Source: Octopus vulgaris (Eukaryota). From it: a stretch of DNA of 64,000 nucleotides. Location: positions 25,544,001 through 25,608,000 of the forward strand of contig OX597827.1 in assembly GCA_951406725.2 (NCBI GenBank), read 5' to 3'. Each line of letters begins with the position of its first letter. The first letter of the stretch is position 1. Position numbers and translations under genes: made by a program. This document shows positions 1 through 14,021 of the stretch, in pieces. The notes under the pieces were generated by a model. The model saw only the letters and a program-made list of their open reading frames with translations. It had not been told where the DNA came from and did no database searches.

Positions 1-780
1 CCTGGTCCCAGAAGACTGTGAGCATGACCTTACCAGCGGAGGGCTTTACCCTTGCATTCTTTGGAGGAGGTGAGTCACGGTGCTTCCACTGCATTGACTG
101 GGCTTTGGTCTCTGAATCATAGTGATGGACCCAGGTTTCATCCTGTGTAATCAGTCTTTTGAAAAATTTTGACTCATCTTCTTGGCACATCTCCAAATTC
201 ATCCTCGAGCACTCGACGCGTTCTTGCTTCTGGAAAGGTGTGAGCAACCTGAGAATCCATCTGGCAGACACCTTTTGCATATGCAAATGGTCATGAATGA
301 TAGTTTCCACAGACCCGGTACTAATCTTGACCTCATGAGCTATTTGGCGAATAGTTATGCATCGATCTTCCAAAATGGCAGCCTCAACTTGACGCACAGA
401 TGCCTCATCAATGGCAGAAGGGGGGTGACCAGATCTGGGAGCTGTTTCCACAGAGTTCCGACCATGTTTGAATTCACGATGCCAGCGTTTTACAAGGTCA
501 TATGATGGGGCATCATCACCATCAGTTACTTTCATTTCATCAAAAGTCTCCTGTGGTGTGCTTCCTTTCAAATACAAAAATCGGATCACTGCTCGACACT
601 CAACAGGCTCCGTTTCACACTTGACTCAGTTCAAACACCTGTAAATCAGAAACCACAATTAGCTCAGAGCTGTAATTTGCCACTTAATCTATAGAGATAT
701 ACATAATTGCACATGCAAACTTTCAGCTAGATCAAACAACTGCAAGTGGGTCAGAGGCATTACTTATTGAACGTCCCTCG
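1..780 (-). mobile_element. Mariner (Tc1/mariner) DNA transposon, 5' part; continues beyond the window start
   Basis: Terminal sequence at 756-780 (minus strand CGAGGGACGTTCAATAAGTAATGCC) abuts TA at 781-782. The adjacent minus-strand frame encodes a mariner transposase N-terminal half. Confidence 0.92.
2..613 (-). pseudogene. Mariner transposase N-terminal half; frame open, but the expected ATG reads ACG
   Basis: Manual translation: (T)EPVECRAVIRFLYLKG...KRWHREFKHGR..PRSGHP...KVSARWILRLL (WVPHEL-like)...LITQDETWVHHYD (first catalytic D)...PSAGKVMLTVFWD. No stop from 613 down to 2. Confidence 0.88.
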
Positions 781-802
781 TACATACATACATATATATA
801 TA

Positions 803-3645
803 TATCGGAACTCCACCGATTCAATTTTGACATCGTATCTCTCAGTGAAACCCGGAGAGCCGGAGAAGGCCGGCTGAGAGAAGAAGGCGGTCAATACACC
901 TTTTTCTGGAAAGGTTACGATCCCGACCACCAACGGATCCATGGTGTGGGTATTGCAATACGAAACACCATCCTATCGAAACAGACAGAGCAGCCTATTG
1001 GAATGTCCGCACGACTCATGACCCTCCGAATCCAGCTTGTCAAAAGTCAGCACGCAACTATCATCAGTGCGTATGCTCCCATCCTTGACGCGGAGGATTT
1101 AGTCAAGGAGGAGTTTTACAGCCAACTCGACAGCATTCTCTCTACCGTCCCAAAGGACGACAAGATCATTCTCCTGGGAGATTTCAACGCCAGAGTTGGG
1201 AGAGATCGTGAACTCTGGACAGGAACCATCGGAAAGGAAGGAGTGGGAAAAGTCAATGCCAATGGAACTCTGCTACTCAACAAATGTGCTGAACATAACC
1301 TGGTGATAACCAACACCCTTTTTCGCCAGAAGAATCGATATAAGGTCTCACGGCAGCATCCAAGATCGAAACAATGGCATCTCATCGACTATATCATCGT
1401 GAGATCCCGAGACCAGCAAGATGTGTTGCTCACCAGAGCCGCCACTGGAGCAGATGAGTGCTGGACAGATCATCGCCTCATCGCCTCCACCATGAAAATC
1501 AAACTCCGACCAAAAGTGAAGTATCACAGCAAGGAAAGCAGAGTAAAGAAATTCAACATCGAAGCACTGCAAGACCCAAAAACTCGTGTTGCTCTACAGG
1601 TCAATCATCAAAATTAGACTCCAAACCATCTCGTCGAAGAAAATTGGAACCAGCTGAAAGAAACCATCATCACCGCTTGCGAAGAAACCATCGGCCGCAA
1701 GAAAAGGAAACACCAGGACTGGTTCAACGACAATGATGAAGCTCTCAAAGAACTGGTCGACCAAAGGAGGAGGTAATAAATACTAGATTAGCAAGAATAA
1801 TCTGAACGCTAAAAGGTTAATATCAGACCTTGTTTTTTTCTTTCCTTCTCGCGCCACGCCTGGCTCATAAGGACCGGTTTCCCGGTTTCCTTGGCGTATA
1901 GGTTCCCCACCTGGACGGGATGCCGGTCCATCTACAAGCTGGGAGGTGATTTTGTCCAACACCAGCTCCACCAACTCTTGGTCAAAATCTGGACAAATGA
2001 AGTTGTACCATCCGACTTCAGGGATGCCAACATCATTACAATTTACAAAAGAAAGGGCGATCGTTCTGAGTGTGGAAATTACCGGGGTATTTCCTTATTG
2101 GCAACTGCTGGGAAGATTCTTGCACGCATCCTGAACAACCGTCTCAGAACGCTGTCAGAGATGATCCTTCCTGAGACACAGACCGGCTTTAGGCCATCAT
2201 GAAGCACAACCGACATGATCTTCCCGCTGCGACAGCTACAAGAAAAATGTCGTGAACAACACCAACCGCTCTACTTGGCCTTTATCGACCTATCCAAAGC
2301 CTTTGATCGTGTCTCGCGAGAGCTCCTCTGGGATATTCTCGCCCAGTATGGATGCCCAGATAAGTTCATCCGGATCCTCAAACTCCTCCACGACAATATG
2401 CACGCCAGAGTCCAGACCGACGGAGGCAGTTCTGAGTCCTTTAAAGTCACCTCCGGAGTGAAGCAAGGCTGCGTGATAGCGCCAACTCTCTTTACCATCT
2501 TTATCGCGACAGTGTTGCACATCATACGAGATGACCTTCCACCTGGCATCGAGATCTCTTACAGAATGGACGGCAAGCTTTTCAACCTCGCTTGCCTCAA
2601 AAGTACGTCAAAGACAATGGTGCAAAGCTTGCTAGAGTTCCAATATGCCGACGACAACAGTGTAGCAGCTCACAGAGAGGATCACCTCCAACAGATCCTA
2701 AATGCTTTTCATCATGCATATACTAAACTTGGACTGAGCATCAACATCAAGAAGACTCACTTACTCTACCAACCTCCTCCCAATGCCCGTGTTGACAACC
2801 CGCCATCGATTCAACTCGAAGGAAATCCACTGGAAAATGTGAACCACTTCTGCTACCTTGGGAGCCATCTGTCAGCAAAGGTAGACCTCAGCGATGAAAT
2901 CCAACACCGTCTGAAGTATGCAGGAACAGCTTTCGGCAAGCTTCGAACAAGAGTTTTTGCTGATCTGGACATCCGAACCGAAACCAAACTCATGGTGTAC
3001 AGGGCAGTCATTATTCCAACCCTCCTTTACGCATCCGAAACCTAGACCCCGTATAGTCATCACCTGAAAACGCTCGAGAAATTTCACCAACGCTGTCTTC
3101 GGAAGATCCTCAACATCAGCTGGGAAGACAGAAGAACTAACGTCAGCGTGCTACAAGAAGCAAAAATGACCAGCATCGAAGCCTATGTCATCAAAGGCCA
3201 ACTAAGATGGAGCGGCCACATGGTTAGAATGATTGACGAACGACTTCCCAAACAGATCTTCTACTCCCAACTCAAAGACGGCAAGCGCACAAAAGGGGGC
3301 CAGAAGAAACGCTACAAGGACTCCCTGAAATTGAACCTCAAAAAGTGTGACATTGACTTCACCAACTGGGAGGAAACGGCAAAAAACAGACCACTCTGGA
3401 AAACGACCATCCATGAGGGAACGGCGAATTTCGAGTCGAAAAGGTCTGCAGAGCTGGAGGAGAAAAGACGACGACGGAAGGAGCGCCAACAACAACCACG
3501 TGCGACTCTCCCTTCCGGCACTAGATGTCCGCACTGTGACCGATCTTTTCGAGCAAGAATTGGTCTTATCAGTCACCTGCGGACTCACCAATAAATTTGC
3601 GCGAAGACCATCATCCTCGACCTTGAGGGATTGCCATAGTAGTAG
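803..3645 (+). mobile_element. RTE-clade LINE, 5'-truncated and inactivated (APE endonuclease + reverse transcriptase + C2H2 tail)
   Basis: ORFs 946-1617 (LGDFNARVG, IDYII, TDH), 1891-2202, 2215-3045 (FIDLSKAFD, GVKQGC, YADD at 2644-2655) and 3148-3594 (LRWSGH; CPHC..HLRTH). Short 3' UTR ends in (TAG)n. Frameshifts and in-frame stops are present, and both flanks are (TA)n. Confidence 0.95.
1773..1932 (-). mobile_element. Foreign insert within the RTE, including a SINE fragment
   Basis: 1843-1932 (gctcataaggaccggtttcccggtttcc...gggatgccggtccatc) matches the SINEs at 10919-11250 (opposite strand) and 60370-60612. RTE coding sequence resumes at YKLGGDF. Confidence 0.75.
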
Positions 3646-3659
3646 TATATATATATATA

Positions 3660-5301
3660 AGTTTTACAAAAAATTAGATTCAGATGAATGGCACCAGCAT
3701 TTATTATGGTAGTATCCATACAATTTCAAAATAAGGGGATTAGAATTAAAATAAGCCACAAGGATATCCAGAGGTAATGCAGTACGATCATTTAATTGAA
3801 CAATGTAACCATTACATCAATTTAAATGCAGAGCAATCCTCAGCTGCACAGAGACATATAATTTAATTAAATTAAAACAGATGGACACATTAGTATAGTT
3901 TTGCCTAAAATCCCCAAGAAGACAAAGAACATGCTGCCTTTCCTTCCAATTACAAGCTGTTAAGTTTTGAGGAAGAAAGACCTGTTTACTGATTTTGCTT
4001 GTCACTTTTATATGGAGTCAGTTTTAATTTATAGACTAGTCTTATCAATTCCTTGTATATCTATGGCCGAGTCTTTTAGGGGTAGGGCTGAGGGAGTCGA
4101 CAGAAATCATAGTGGGTATAGTCATAAATTCAAGATTTATTTGAAGCAATATCATGGGATTTGGTAAAGGAAAACTTAAATCAAGATGTTAGCTGACAAT
4201 TAAGGGGGCTGGTCACTAGTAGACCATTGATAATGAAACAGGGGAAATCTTATCATGTAGTACTATATTTAAATATTTTAAACAATACTGCTATAATGTT
4301 TAAAGTTAAAGTTTAGGGGTATTCAGAAGATTATTAAGAAGAATAATTATAACAACAGGATAAAGTGTTTTTAATATACTTTTGAGTATATACCAAACTT
4401 TTACCACAATAGAGGGAGGAAAAGAAAATTATCCAGAAATATTTTAATATTTATACATATTATGTAATTAAATAGTAACTTATCAGAGGGTATCAGTGAA
4501 TATTGATCAATTGGTATATACTGGTATTTGATAAAGGAGTACTGAGGTAACGGAACAAGCTAACTATGAATTAATTTAATTATAATCTAAGCAGTTTATT
4601 TTAAGTAGTGAATATACCAACATTGTTATATATAAGCTAAGAATGAACTTATAGAGGTACAGTTATTAGATTTATTTTATAAATAAATAAATAAAGGCTA
4701 TTATAAAATAATAAAGAAATAAAATAATCAGGTAGGGCAGAACACCATAGAAAAGGAATAAAATACCTTAATCACTAAAAAAATGATAAAGTATATGTAG
4801 TTTATTAACCACAATAGAGAAGATATATAGAAAATGTAAAATATATTTCAAAATACGCTAAACTAAAAATTATATATCTACTTGTATAGCTAGTATCAAT
4901 AAAGACTGATACTTGGTATTAGCTAAAGGAATATTTATGTTATGGAACATTCTAATTTACACTAATTTTTGAAAACTAAGGGTTATATTATATCAGCAGA
5001 TGAGAGCTTCGCCTAGTAAATTACTTTATTTGCTGAAGATAGCTTGAAACCACGGTACAGGAAATTGAGGGTAAATGTTTTTATTTTACATTCCCTTTCG
5101 AAATTACCCCTAATAGTGGTTTGGACTTTAACTACTTCTTCTAGCGGGTCATATGTCCTGTTATGGTTATATGGTGTTTAAATGTACACTGTATTTTTAT
5201 ATGAATAATATATAGTCTATTGACTAGTTTTTTCTTGATAGACAACTGGTAACAAAGAATTTTTCTAAATATTTTTTGCTATCCTTGAATTTATTAATTA
5301 T
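3660..5301. mobile_element. (TA)n-flanked non-coding Penelope-like/retrozyme-like element with a degenerate hammerhead
   Basis: Bounded by (TA)n. 4990-5301 is homologous to the 492-bp array unit and shares its 3' end (...attaattat-(TA)n). 3660-3880 is homologous to 26037-26237. Confidence 0.6.
4990..5066 (+). ncRNA. Degenerate type I hammerhead ribozyme
   Basis: atatcag-CAGATGA-gagct...agctt-GAAA-ccacgg-TA-caggaaat. Core has U4A and stem I is damaged. Confidence 0.55.
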
Positions 5302-5332
5302 ATACAAATATATATTCATATGTATATATATA

Positions 5333-5475
<143 letters not shown>

Positions 5476-5564
5476 CTATCTATCTCTCCCTCTCTCTCTC
5501 TCTCTTTCTCTGTATATATATATATATATATATTTCAAAAAGGAGATGTGGAACACGAGTTGTG

Positions 5565-5595
<31 letters not shown>

Positions 5596-5600
5596 TATAT

Positions 5601-5762
5601 GACGGGCTTCTTCAGTTTCCGTCTAACAAATCCACTCACAAGTTTTTGGTCAGCCCGATGCTCTAGTAGGAGACATTTGCCCAAGTTGCCACGCAGTAGG
5701 AGTGAAGCCGGAACCATGTGGTTGGTAAGCAAGCTACTTACCACACAGCCATACTTGCACCT
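5601..5762 (-). mobile_element. tRNA-derived SINE family A, 5' half
   Basis: Reverse complement of the ggcgcaggagtggctgtgtggtaagtagcttg...gtggatttggtagacggaaactgaaagaagccc head seen at 50595 and 51298. Confidence 0.8.
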
Positions 5763-5816
5763 TTATAAGGTAAGAAAGGAAAATTGACAGATAGACAGAC
5801 AGATACGTTTGTGTGC

Positions 5817-5870
<54 letters not shown>

Positions 5871-6266
5871 CCATTTGACTGGCTCTGGACAGCTTCTCTG
5901 CCCGAAGATCTACTTGTGTAATAGGTCAACCTTGTAGCATGTAACTAGTTACTCACCCTATGTATCTCGCAGTGCTATTCCACTCGTAACTGAATTTCCC
6001 ATCTTTACACTCATGGATGTATACTTGTACATACAGCGTCTGATTTTAACCTTTCACTTAACGTGTTACCACTAATCTTTACTTAAGAACAAATGTTTAC
6101 CTAATACTCTTTCTTTCTCTCTATCTCTCTTTCCCTCCTCCACCCTGCATACATATCTATCTATGTCTATATAAATGTGTGTATACACATATGTGCATAT
6201 GCGCCTTATTATACATGTGTTTGTGGCTAGTATGGACGTATATATATATATATTTATATATGTATG

Positions 6267-6311
<45 letters not shown>

Positions 6312-6468
6312 GTATATATATACATATATATATACATATACATATACCTACATATATATATACATATATATATACGTATATATACATATATATTCATACA
6401 CATGTGTGTATGTGTATCTGTATCTATCTATCAATCTATCTATCTGTCAATCTCTCTTTTATCTCTCT

Positions 6469-6540
<72 letters not shown>

Positions 6541-7402
6541 TTAAATTATCAATTCCAATTTCAAAACGATAATGCGTTCGTGAAAACAGATGTAAATCAA
6601 ATATACGCTATAATTTGTATTACCACGTTCATTACGAAGTCGAACAACGTATTTATAAAATGGATGCAGTGCAAATGTAATAAGTGAGGAGAATTATACC
6701 GTGCTATCGTATTTCGTGGAGTGTCTGTAACCTCTCTGTCATGAACTAATCGATTTCATCGCATTATGCCAATATCTAGTCACGCAGACAACGAATTCTT
6801 TGAATATATACCGACTATTTGATCATCGAAGCAAATTGTCTGGAAATGATTGTCGCTTTCCTGAAAGCAATCCTGTTGGATTCGTTTTGTATTGAAATAT
6901 ATATTCCATCTACATCGTCCATTTTAATTATCGTTATTTATATTATTACCATCATGCTTTTTATTATTATATTATTACAAACGTGCATTGTCGCTCTCTC
7001 AATCATTTGCTAATGTAGTACAACACTCTGATGTCGACTTTGTCTTTTTAGTAAAATACAAAAAAAAAAAAAGAAAAAGAAAAAGAAGGAACGCGAAAAA
7101 TAGATCGAAAATATTGGATAATTCCGTCTAGGTCAACATTTGATATAGATACAAAAGAAATTTATTTATTTTCACCAGGCATACCAATAATATATTTCTA
7201 GTCGTCTTGTAAGCAACTGTAAAAGTTTCTGAAGTATAAGGAGCCTTTTTCTCCATATATTTACTCCCAGTTCAATATATTTACTATACAGCTCACTCAA
7301 CAGCATATTAGATAATAATTATCCGATTAACTATTTTAGCTTAATACAAATAAAAAACGCTTTTTATATTCTTAGCATTCAATTTATCCAATACATATCC
7401 AC

Positions 7403-7442
<40 letters not shown>

Positions 7443-7559
7443 AGTTATACTCGTTGTTTTCGGTTACTTTTGACGATCTTTGTCTCTTTGTCTTTGTAGG
7501 ACTGTTTCATGTTTTGGTGATGATTCAACGGCGGTTGAAAGCATGAAGATTAAAATTGT

Positions 7560-8060
7560 AGTTGAGAGAAGTTAGCTGATATGGAGGACTGGAGACCCTT
7601 CAAATACTGGAAAATCGATACTTCTGTCATGATGATTCGCACTGGGTATCACAATGCCAGTATTACCGCTGTTCAATGATCTGTGAGCATTGTAAACGCT
7701 GCAAAACATAACAGGGACAGCTGCAACGGAGACTACGAAGCTTTCGCCAGCAAGAAGAGGACCCACAGGGCGTTGTTACTGCATCCACATGCCAGGGAAC
7801 CTCGGAAAATCTTTACACAGTGCCTTAGGTTCAATTCGGACGGCTATGTGAAGCTGCCGAAGTCTGTTGTCAATCCTTGGCTAGAGAGGGTTGCTACTGA
7901 AAGGCAATGTGTTGCAATAAGATTCAGTTCCTTGCTGTAACTCCAGAAGTCAGAATTAGTTATGGGATAATTTCTACGAGTTCCCCCGATCTTTGACTCT
8001 CTAACTTCTCCAATTGTAATTCCTTGGATTGCAATGTGTGGGGCGAGATAGTATATTAAA
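7560..8060 (+). mobile_element. Decayed Tc1/mariner-superfamily (DD37D/maT-like) transposase remnant
   Basis: Translates to LRFNSDGYVKL..VVNPWLERVA...DSVPC, with a downstream degenerate PNSPDCNPLD.NVWG-like motif. Confidence 0.55.
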
Positions 8061-8154
8061 TCAGACAGATTTGTAAATAAGCTACCTTTATTTAGAAGGA
8101 TTTTTGACGTACATATTTATATTTCTGGAACATGAAACATCAAATCATGAATTA

Positions 8155-9853
8155 CACTAGGCAACAAAGATTTTGTTACGGAAGACCAAAAAGGGGTTCC
8201 TAGCTATTTTCGGTATGCTGATTTGAAATCTCTTACGTCTAGATTTTGTGTAAAATGCAAATCACTCAGTATAATTTCCTACATCGTGGTTTTAATCGGC
8301 TTAATGCCGGTAATGTGACACTTGCATTTCAAGGTTGAAGCAGTTGTTGTTTGCCAGCTATATACAAGTTCTAACGATTTTCATCAATAAAATTTATCTC
8401 AAGCTGGTAATACTGAGTCAAAAAGCATAGGAACGGCCCAACGATCAGTCTCTGACAGTCATGTAGAGCGGTTGTTGGGAAACACTAGAGTTTCTCATTT
8501 CCGCCATCACCATTTGCCGTTTTCATCATTTTACTTACAGGAGGAAAACGTTTGTGTCTGCCATGGTATCAATGGCCTGGTGAAAAGAATTGACTTTCGC
8601 TATAATCTAAAAGAATGGCGATTGTTCATTGACTCTTGTAAAGTTAGCCTTAAAGCTGTATTACTGCACATTGGCAATGAAAATCCTTCAATAGCTGTAG
8701 CACATGTCACATGCCTTAATGAGACTTGTGAATCAATGGAACTGCTACTAAGACTCGTCAGATATAAGGGCCGTATATGGAATATTTGTGGCGACCTTTA
8801 AGTTGTATCATTACTCCTTGGGTTAAAGTTGGGCTACAGAAAGCATATGGAAGAGCAGAGATGACAAGAATCACTACAAAAAACATGATTGGCCATCTAG
8901 AACTGAACATGTTGTTGGTAAACACAATGTGAAACACCCAGTACTTATTGACCATCAGAAAGTACACCTTCCACCACTTCATATGAAACTTGGCCTTACG
9001 AAAAATTTCGGGAAACGTATGAACCATCAAAGTATGGTTTCCAATATGTAAAGGATAAATTCAAAATAATGGTAATAGATGCTACGCTAGAAGCTGCAGT
9101 TTTCACTGGACTACAGACTCGCAGTGTCATCCACGACTCTTTCCCATCTAATCTAAATTAGAATGAACTAGGAGCACGGACATCTTTTTTTGAAGTTGTC
9201 AAAGTTTTCTTGGAAAGCACAAAGCTAAAAACCAACGTGACCTCGCAGCAAATATGCTTAGATCTTATGAAAGCAAAAATGGGATGCAGAATGCCTTTGA
9301 AAATGCATTTTGTTACGTTCTCATCTTGACTTCTTCCCGGCTAACCTCGAGGCTGCGAGTGACGAGAATGGTGAATGCTTCCATCAACAGATCTCAGTTA
9401 TTGAAAACAGATACCAAAGTAATTTCAACCGAAACATGAGGAGAGATTATTGTTGGTTCATGCAGAAGGAGAGCTTGTCATCCTACAAGCGACAAAGGAA
9501 GAGAAAACGCCAAAGTTTCACTTAAGAACAAAAAGTTGCCTTTCAGTGGATGGTTAAGCGCAGGGGCGGTAACTCCGCCAGGGGAATTCCGCTGTCTTAA
9601 AGTAGAGGAAGGAGAAAAGACATCCCTGTTCGCCAATTACTTCAGTTTGCTTAACATAAAACATTACACGGAAAAGTAGCTTAGATGATTTTCGTAATAG
9701 AAGCGGGTGAATAAAAATGAAAAATAGAGGTTTTCGGTTAGACAAACTCTGGACCTTTTGATATCAGATCTGAAATTAGCATCGGAAAGTTGGTAGCAGC
9801 CTGTAGTTTACGTGTCTGTAACAAGAAACAAAATTGTAATTTGTTGTCTAGCG
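8155..9853 (+). mobile_element. Chapaev3-like (CMC group) DNA transposon, internally deleted and decayed
   Basis: Imperfect TIRs CACTAGGCAACAAA (8155) and TTTGTTGTCTAGCG (ends 9853), with TTA on both sides. Transposase fragments: WRLFIDSCKVSLKAVLLHIGN, WNICGDL, LPPLHMKLGL, SHLDFFPANL..SDENGECFHQQI...DYCW. The family assignment is from recall of these motifs. Confidence 0.8.
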
Positions 9854-10918
9854 TTAATAGTTATCACTGACTTCCTTTAGATGAATATTCTGCTTTATCT
9901 AATATGTACTCTTATTTTGTTCATACACTTTTTATCAGTCACTCTTCTCAGTTATCTGTGGACGTTGACCCATGTGTAGACGTTTTGCAAGAAGCGCACA
10001 AGAGAAGTTAACGTTGCTTAGAATTTTGTAATAATTAATTATTATGTTTATAGCAAATAATTTATTTATCTAATTGTTTTTGTTCACGATATAGATGGAT
10101 TTTCTAATATTACTTTTGTACGCCACTAGCTTATATCACCACCATTTCTTCCGTTCGATATGTACAACTTTAGTAGTATGGTTGCCATATTGGCGTGCCG
10201 TGTTCATGTCGAAATATTTACGAAGATCAATTTGAAGTGCTATAGATAGATTTCTGAGGTTTTATTGGGGAAAAAATATTGATTCACTATGTCGAATTCA
10301 AAAGAAGCAAAAACCATGAAGCACAAAAAGAAGTGTAATTTTCATGATAGCTGAATAGCTTAACAAAACTGTAGAAACTGCAACACTGAAAATTCATGGG
10401 GTCATGAACGTTACTCTGCAAGAAATGTTTATGTAGGTTTTGGAAACTGGAATGCTTTCAATGTGATACGAAATTTAGTGTAGAATTTGTTACGGAAAGA
10501 GTGAGAAACTTTGATATTAGACATTTAGAAGCATCATTTTGGATGGAAATTGCATTTGGTCCGGGTACAAAAGCTAGTGGAGCAGAGCTTGTCATTAGCC
10601 GTTAAAGTTTTGATGTATACGGTACATGAGTGTGAAAACGTTCAAGAAGGCCACTCATCAAATCCTGATCAAGGATTTTCTATATGGTGTATTATATAGT
10701 ATTAAAATAAATAACAATAAATTTAGTGAAATATGTTGCTCAATTCCTTGATAGTTGGCAGAAAAAAATTATGCTTTGTACTTCGTTAAATATCTCTGTT
10801 TCAAGGAATAATACCGGCAGTTTGTCATTGGAAACAGATGACAAAACTAAAGGAATATCTGTCAACTTATGCTTTGTTCAGTACTTCAAATCTAATTGAA
10901 ATTGTACTTTCTGACAGT

Positions 10919-11250
10919 GGAGGCGCAATGGCCCAGTGGTTAGGGCAGCAGATTCGCGGTCGGGGGATCGCGGTTTCGATTCACTGACCAGGCGTTGTGT
11001 TTGTTTATTGAGAGAAAACACCTGAAAGCTCCACGAGGCTGCGGCTGGGGTTGGTAGTGGCGACCTCTGTTGTACTCTTTCGCCACAACTTTCTCTCACT
11101 TTCTCTTCCTGTTTCTTGAGTAACGTTGCGATGGACTGGCATCCCGTCCAGCTGGGGGAGGGGGGCATATACACCACAGAAACCGGGAAACCGGGCCCAT
11201 GAGCCTGACCAGGCTTGAAAAGGGCGAAGAAGGACGAAGGACGAAGGACT
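10919..11250 (+). mobile_element. tRNA-derived SINE family C, full length
   Basis: A-box tggcccagtgg, B-box-like ggtttcgattc, conserved body (gcgatggactggcatcccgtccag...gaaaccgggaaaccgggcc) and a (GAAGGAC)n tail. Confidence 0.82.
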
Positions 11251-11929
11251 TTATGACAGAGTAGTTGGGCTTGAGGTGTGCAATGTTTCTGCGATCAAGC
11301 AATTATATGAAATGAATACAATTGTATTCCACAGACCAGCAAGTTTTCCGTCTGATGAGGTGTCAGTGATGCGGCGTAGAATTAATATTGTTGCAACAAG
11401 AATCGACCAGGATATTTCAAATTTTGACTAACAACTTTGTGGTGTACAAGGTGAAGACAGGGACTGGAGAAGCATAGCAAGGCATGACGAAACATTGAAA
11501 CGTTGACACGAATAATGTATTCTGTATTTTTGCGAACCAAAGTTAAAAAAGGCACAGGTAAATCTATAGTATGGGCTTCTTAAAATGAAACTTCTGGTTT
11601 CAGATCACATAAAACGATAAGTGAGTTATCTAAAAGATTCAGTTGCGCATAATAATGAAAATCAATAGTAAAACACGACTTGATAAAGGATTGTCAGGAA
11701 TCGATGTTCAGAAAAGTAATGGAAATTACTAAATTGTAAAAAAATTCTTAAAGTTAGAAGTCAGATGTTCGTTACTCACATTAGTTAGTTTGTAAGCGAT
11801 TTAAATTAATGTACACTAAATGTTTACAACAGAGAAAAGATTCATGTAAACAATCTATAAACAAGGACCTTACCACGAAAGCCTAAATTGACTTGAGACT
11901 GTGGGCAAGCATCTAAATCCATATTTAAC

Positions 11930-12280
11930 AAATATATGTGTTTAATAAAGTCCTCTGTTACGAGATCAATGTATACATGTTTAATATAGTACCCCGTTGT
12001 GAGATCAATGTAAATATGTTTAATATAGTACCCCGTTGTGAGATCAATGTATATATGTTTAATATCGTACCCCGTTGTGAGATCAATGTATACATGTTTA
12101 ATATAGTACCCCGTTGTGAGATCAATGTAAATATGTTTAATATAGTACCCCGTTGTGAGATCAAGGTATATGTTTAATATAGTACCCCGTTGTGAGATCA
12201 ATGTAAATATATTTAATATAGTACCCCGTTGTGAGATCAGTGTATATATGTTTAATATACTACCCTGTTATGAGTTCAAT
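11930..12280. repeat. 39-bp minisatellite, ~8.5 copies
   Basis: Unit gagatcaatgtaWaYatgtttaatatagtaccccgttgt starts at 11962, 12001, 12040, 12079, 12118, 12157, 12194 (after a 37-bp unit) and 12233. Confidence 0.95.
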
Positions 12281-12488
12281 TCATTCATTTTGCTTGATTT
12301 ACGTCGATGATTGTAATTCTTCCTCATACAACATAAATTCTGCGAAATTATGGTAAGTATTATGGAGAAATATCTATTTCATGAATTTGTTCAATTTTTG
12401 CACTGGAATATATTCAGGAACATAAGTATATAGTACCAATTCGAATGAGGGCGATTTGTGTTTCACTCTTTGCCTCTCTCTCCCTTGC

Positions 12489-13350
<862 letters not shown>

Positions 13351-13438
13351 ATATATATATATACATATATATATGGGGGGGTTGTGTGTGCGTGTAAATG
13401 TGTGTAGGTATTCACTCTCATACGCATACATGCATATT

Positions 13439-13480
<42 letters not shown>

Positions 13481-13559
13481 ATAAGGAAGTTGAAGATATG
13501 AGTATAGCATAAATTTAATATTGGTTAATACACGGATATACTACTCATCCCATATAGAG

Positions 13560-13655
13560 AATTACAGAATAATAAAGAAATAGATATATGTGTCGCATTA
13601 GGAAAGCAAATAATAATAATGCAGTGGATGTTATTGTATTTCATATATATACATG

Positions 13656-13688
<33 letters not shown>

Positions 13689-13810
13689 TCACATATGAAT
13701 ATATATACACACATACATACATATGTATATATATATATATATATGGACGTAATAGAATGTCTACCTGCTGATGTATATCCTTTTTGTATCCCCTCCATTT
13801 TCTTCTTGCC

Positions 13811-13870
<60 letters not shown>

Positions 13871-13964
13871 CTATATATATCTACATATATATATCTTTAC
13901 ACACACACACATATATATATACATATACATATACATACATATATATACACACACATACATATAT

Positions 13965-14021
<57 letters not shown>

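Noticed and set aside
182-505. 107-aa plus-strand ORF
   Set aside because: It is the antisense shadow of the mariner transposase frame.
10919-10995. tRNA-like sequence
   Set aside because: It is a SINE head continuing into a SINE body, not a complete cloverleaf tRNA gene.
11930-12280. CRISPR-like regular repeat
   Set aside because: Units are head-to-tail with no unique spacers, there are no cas genes, and the context is eukaryotic.
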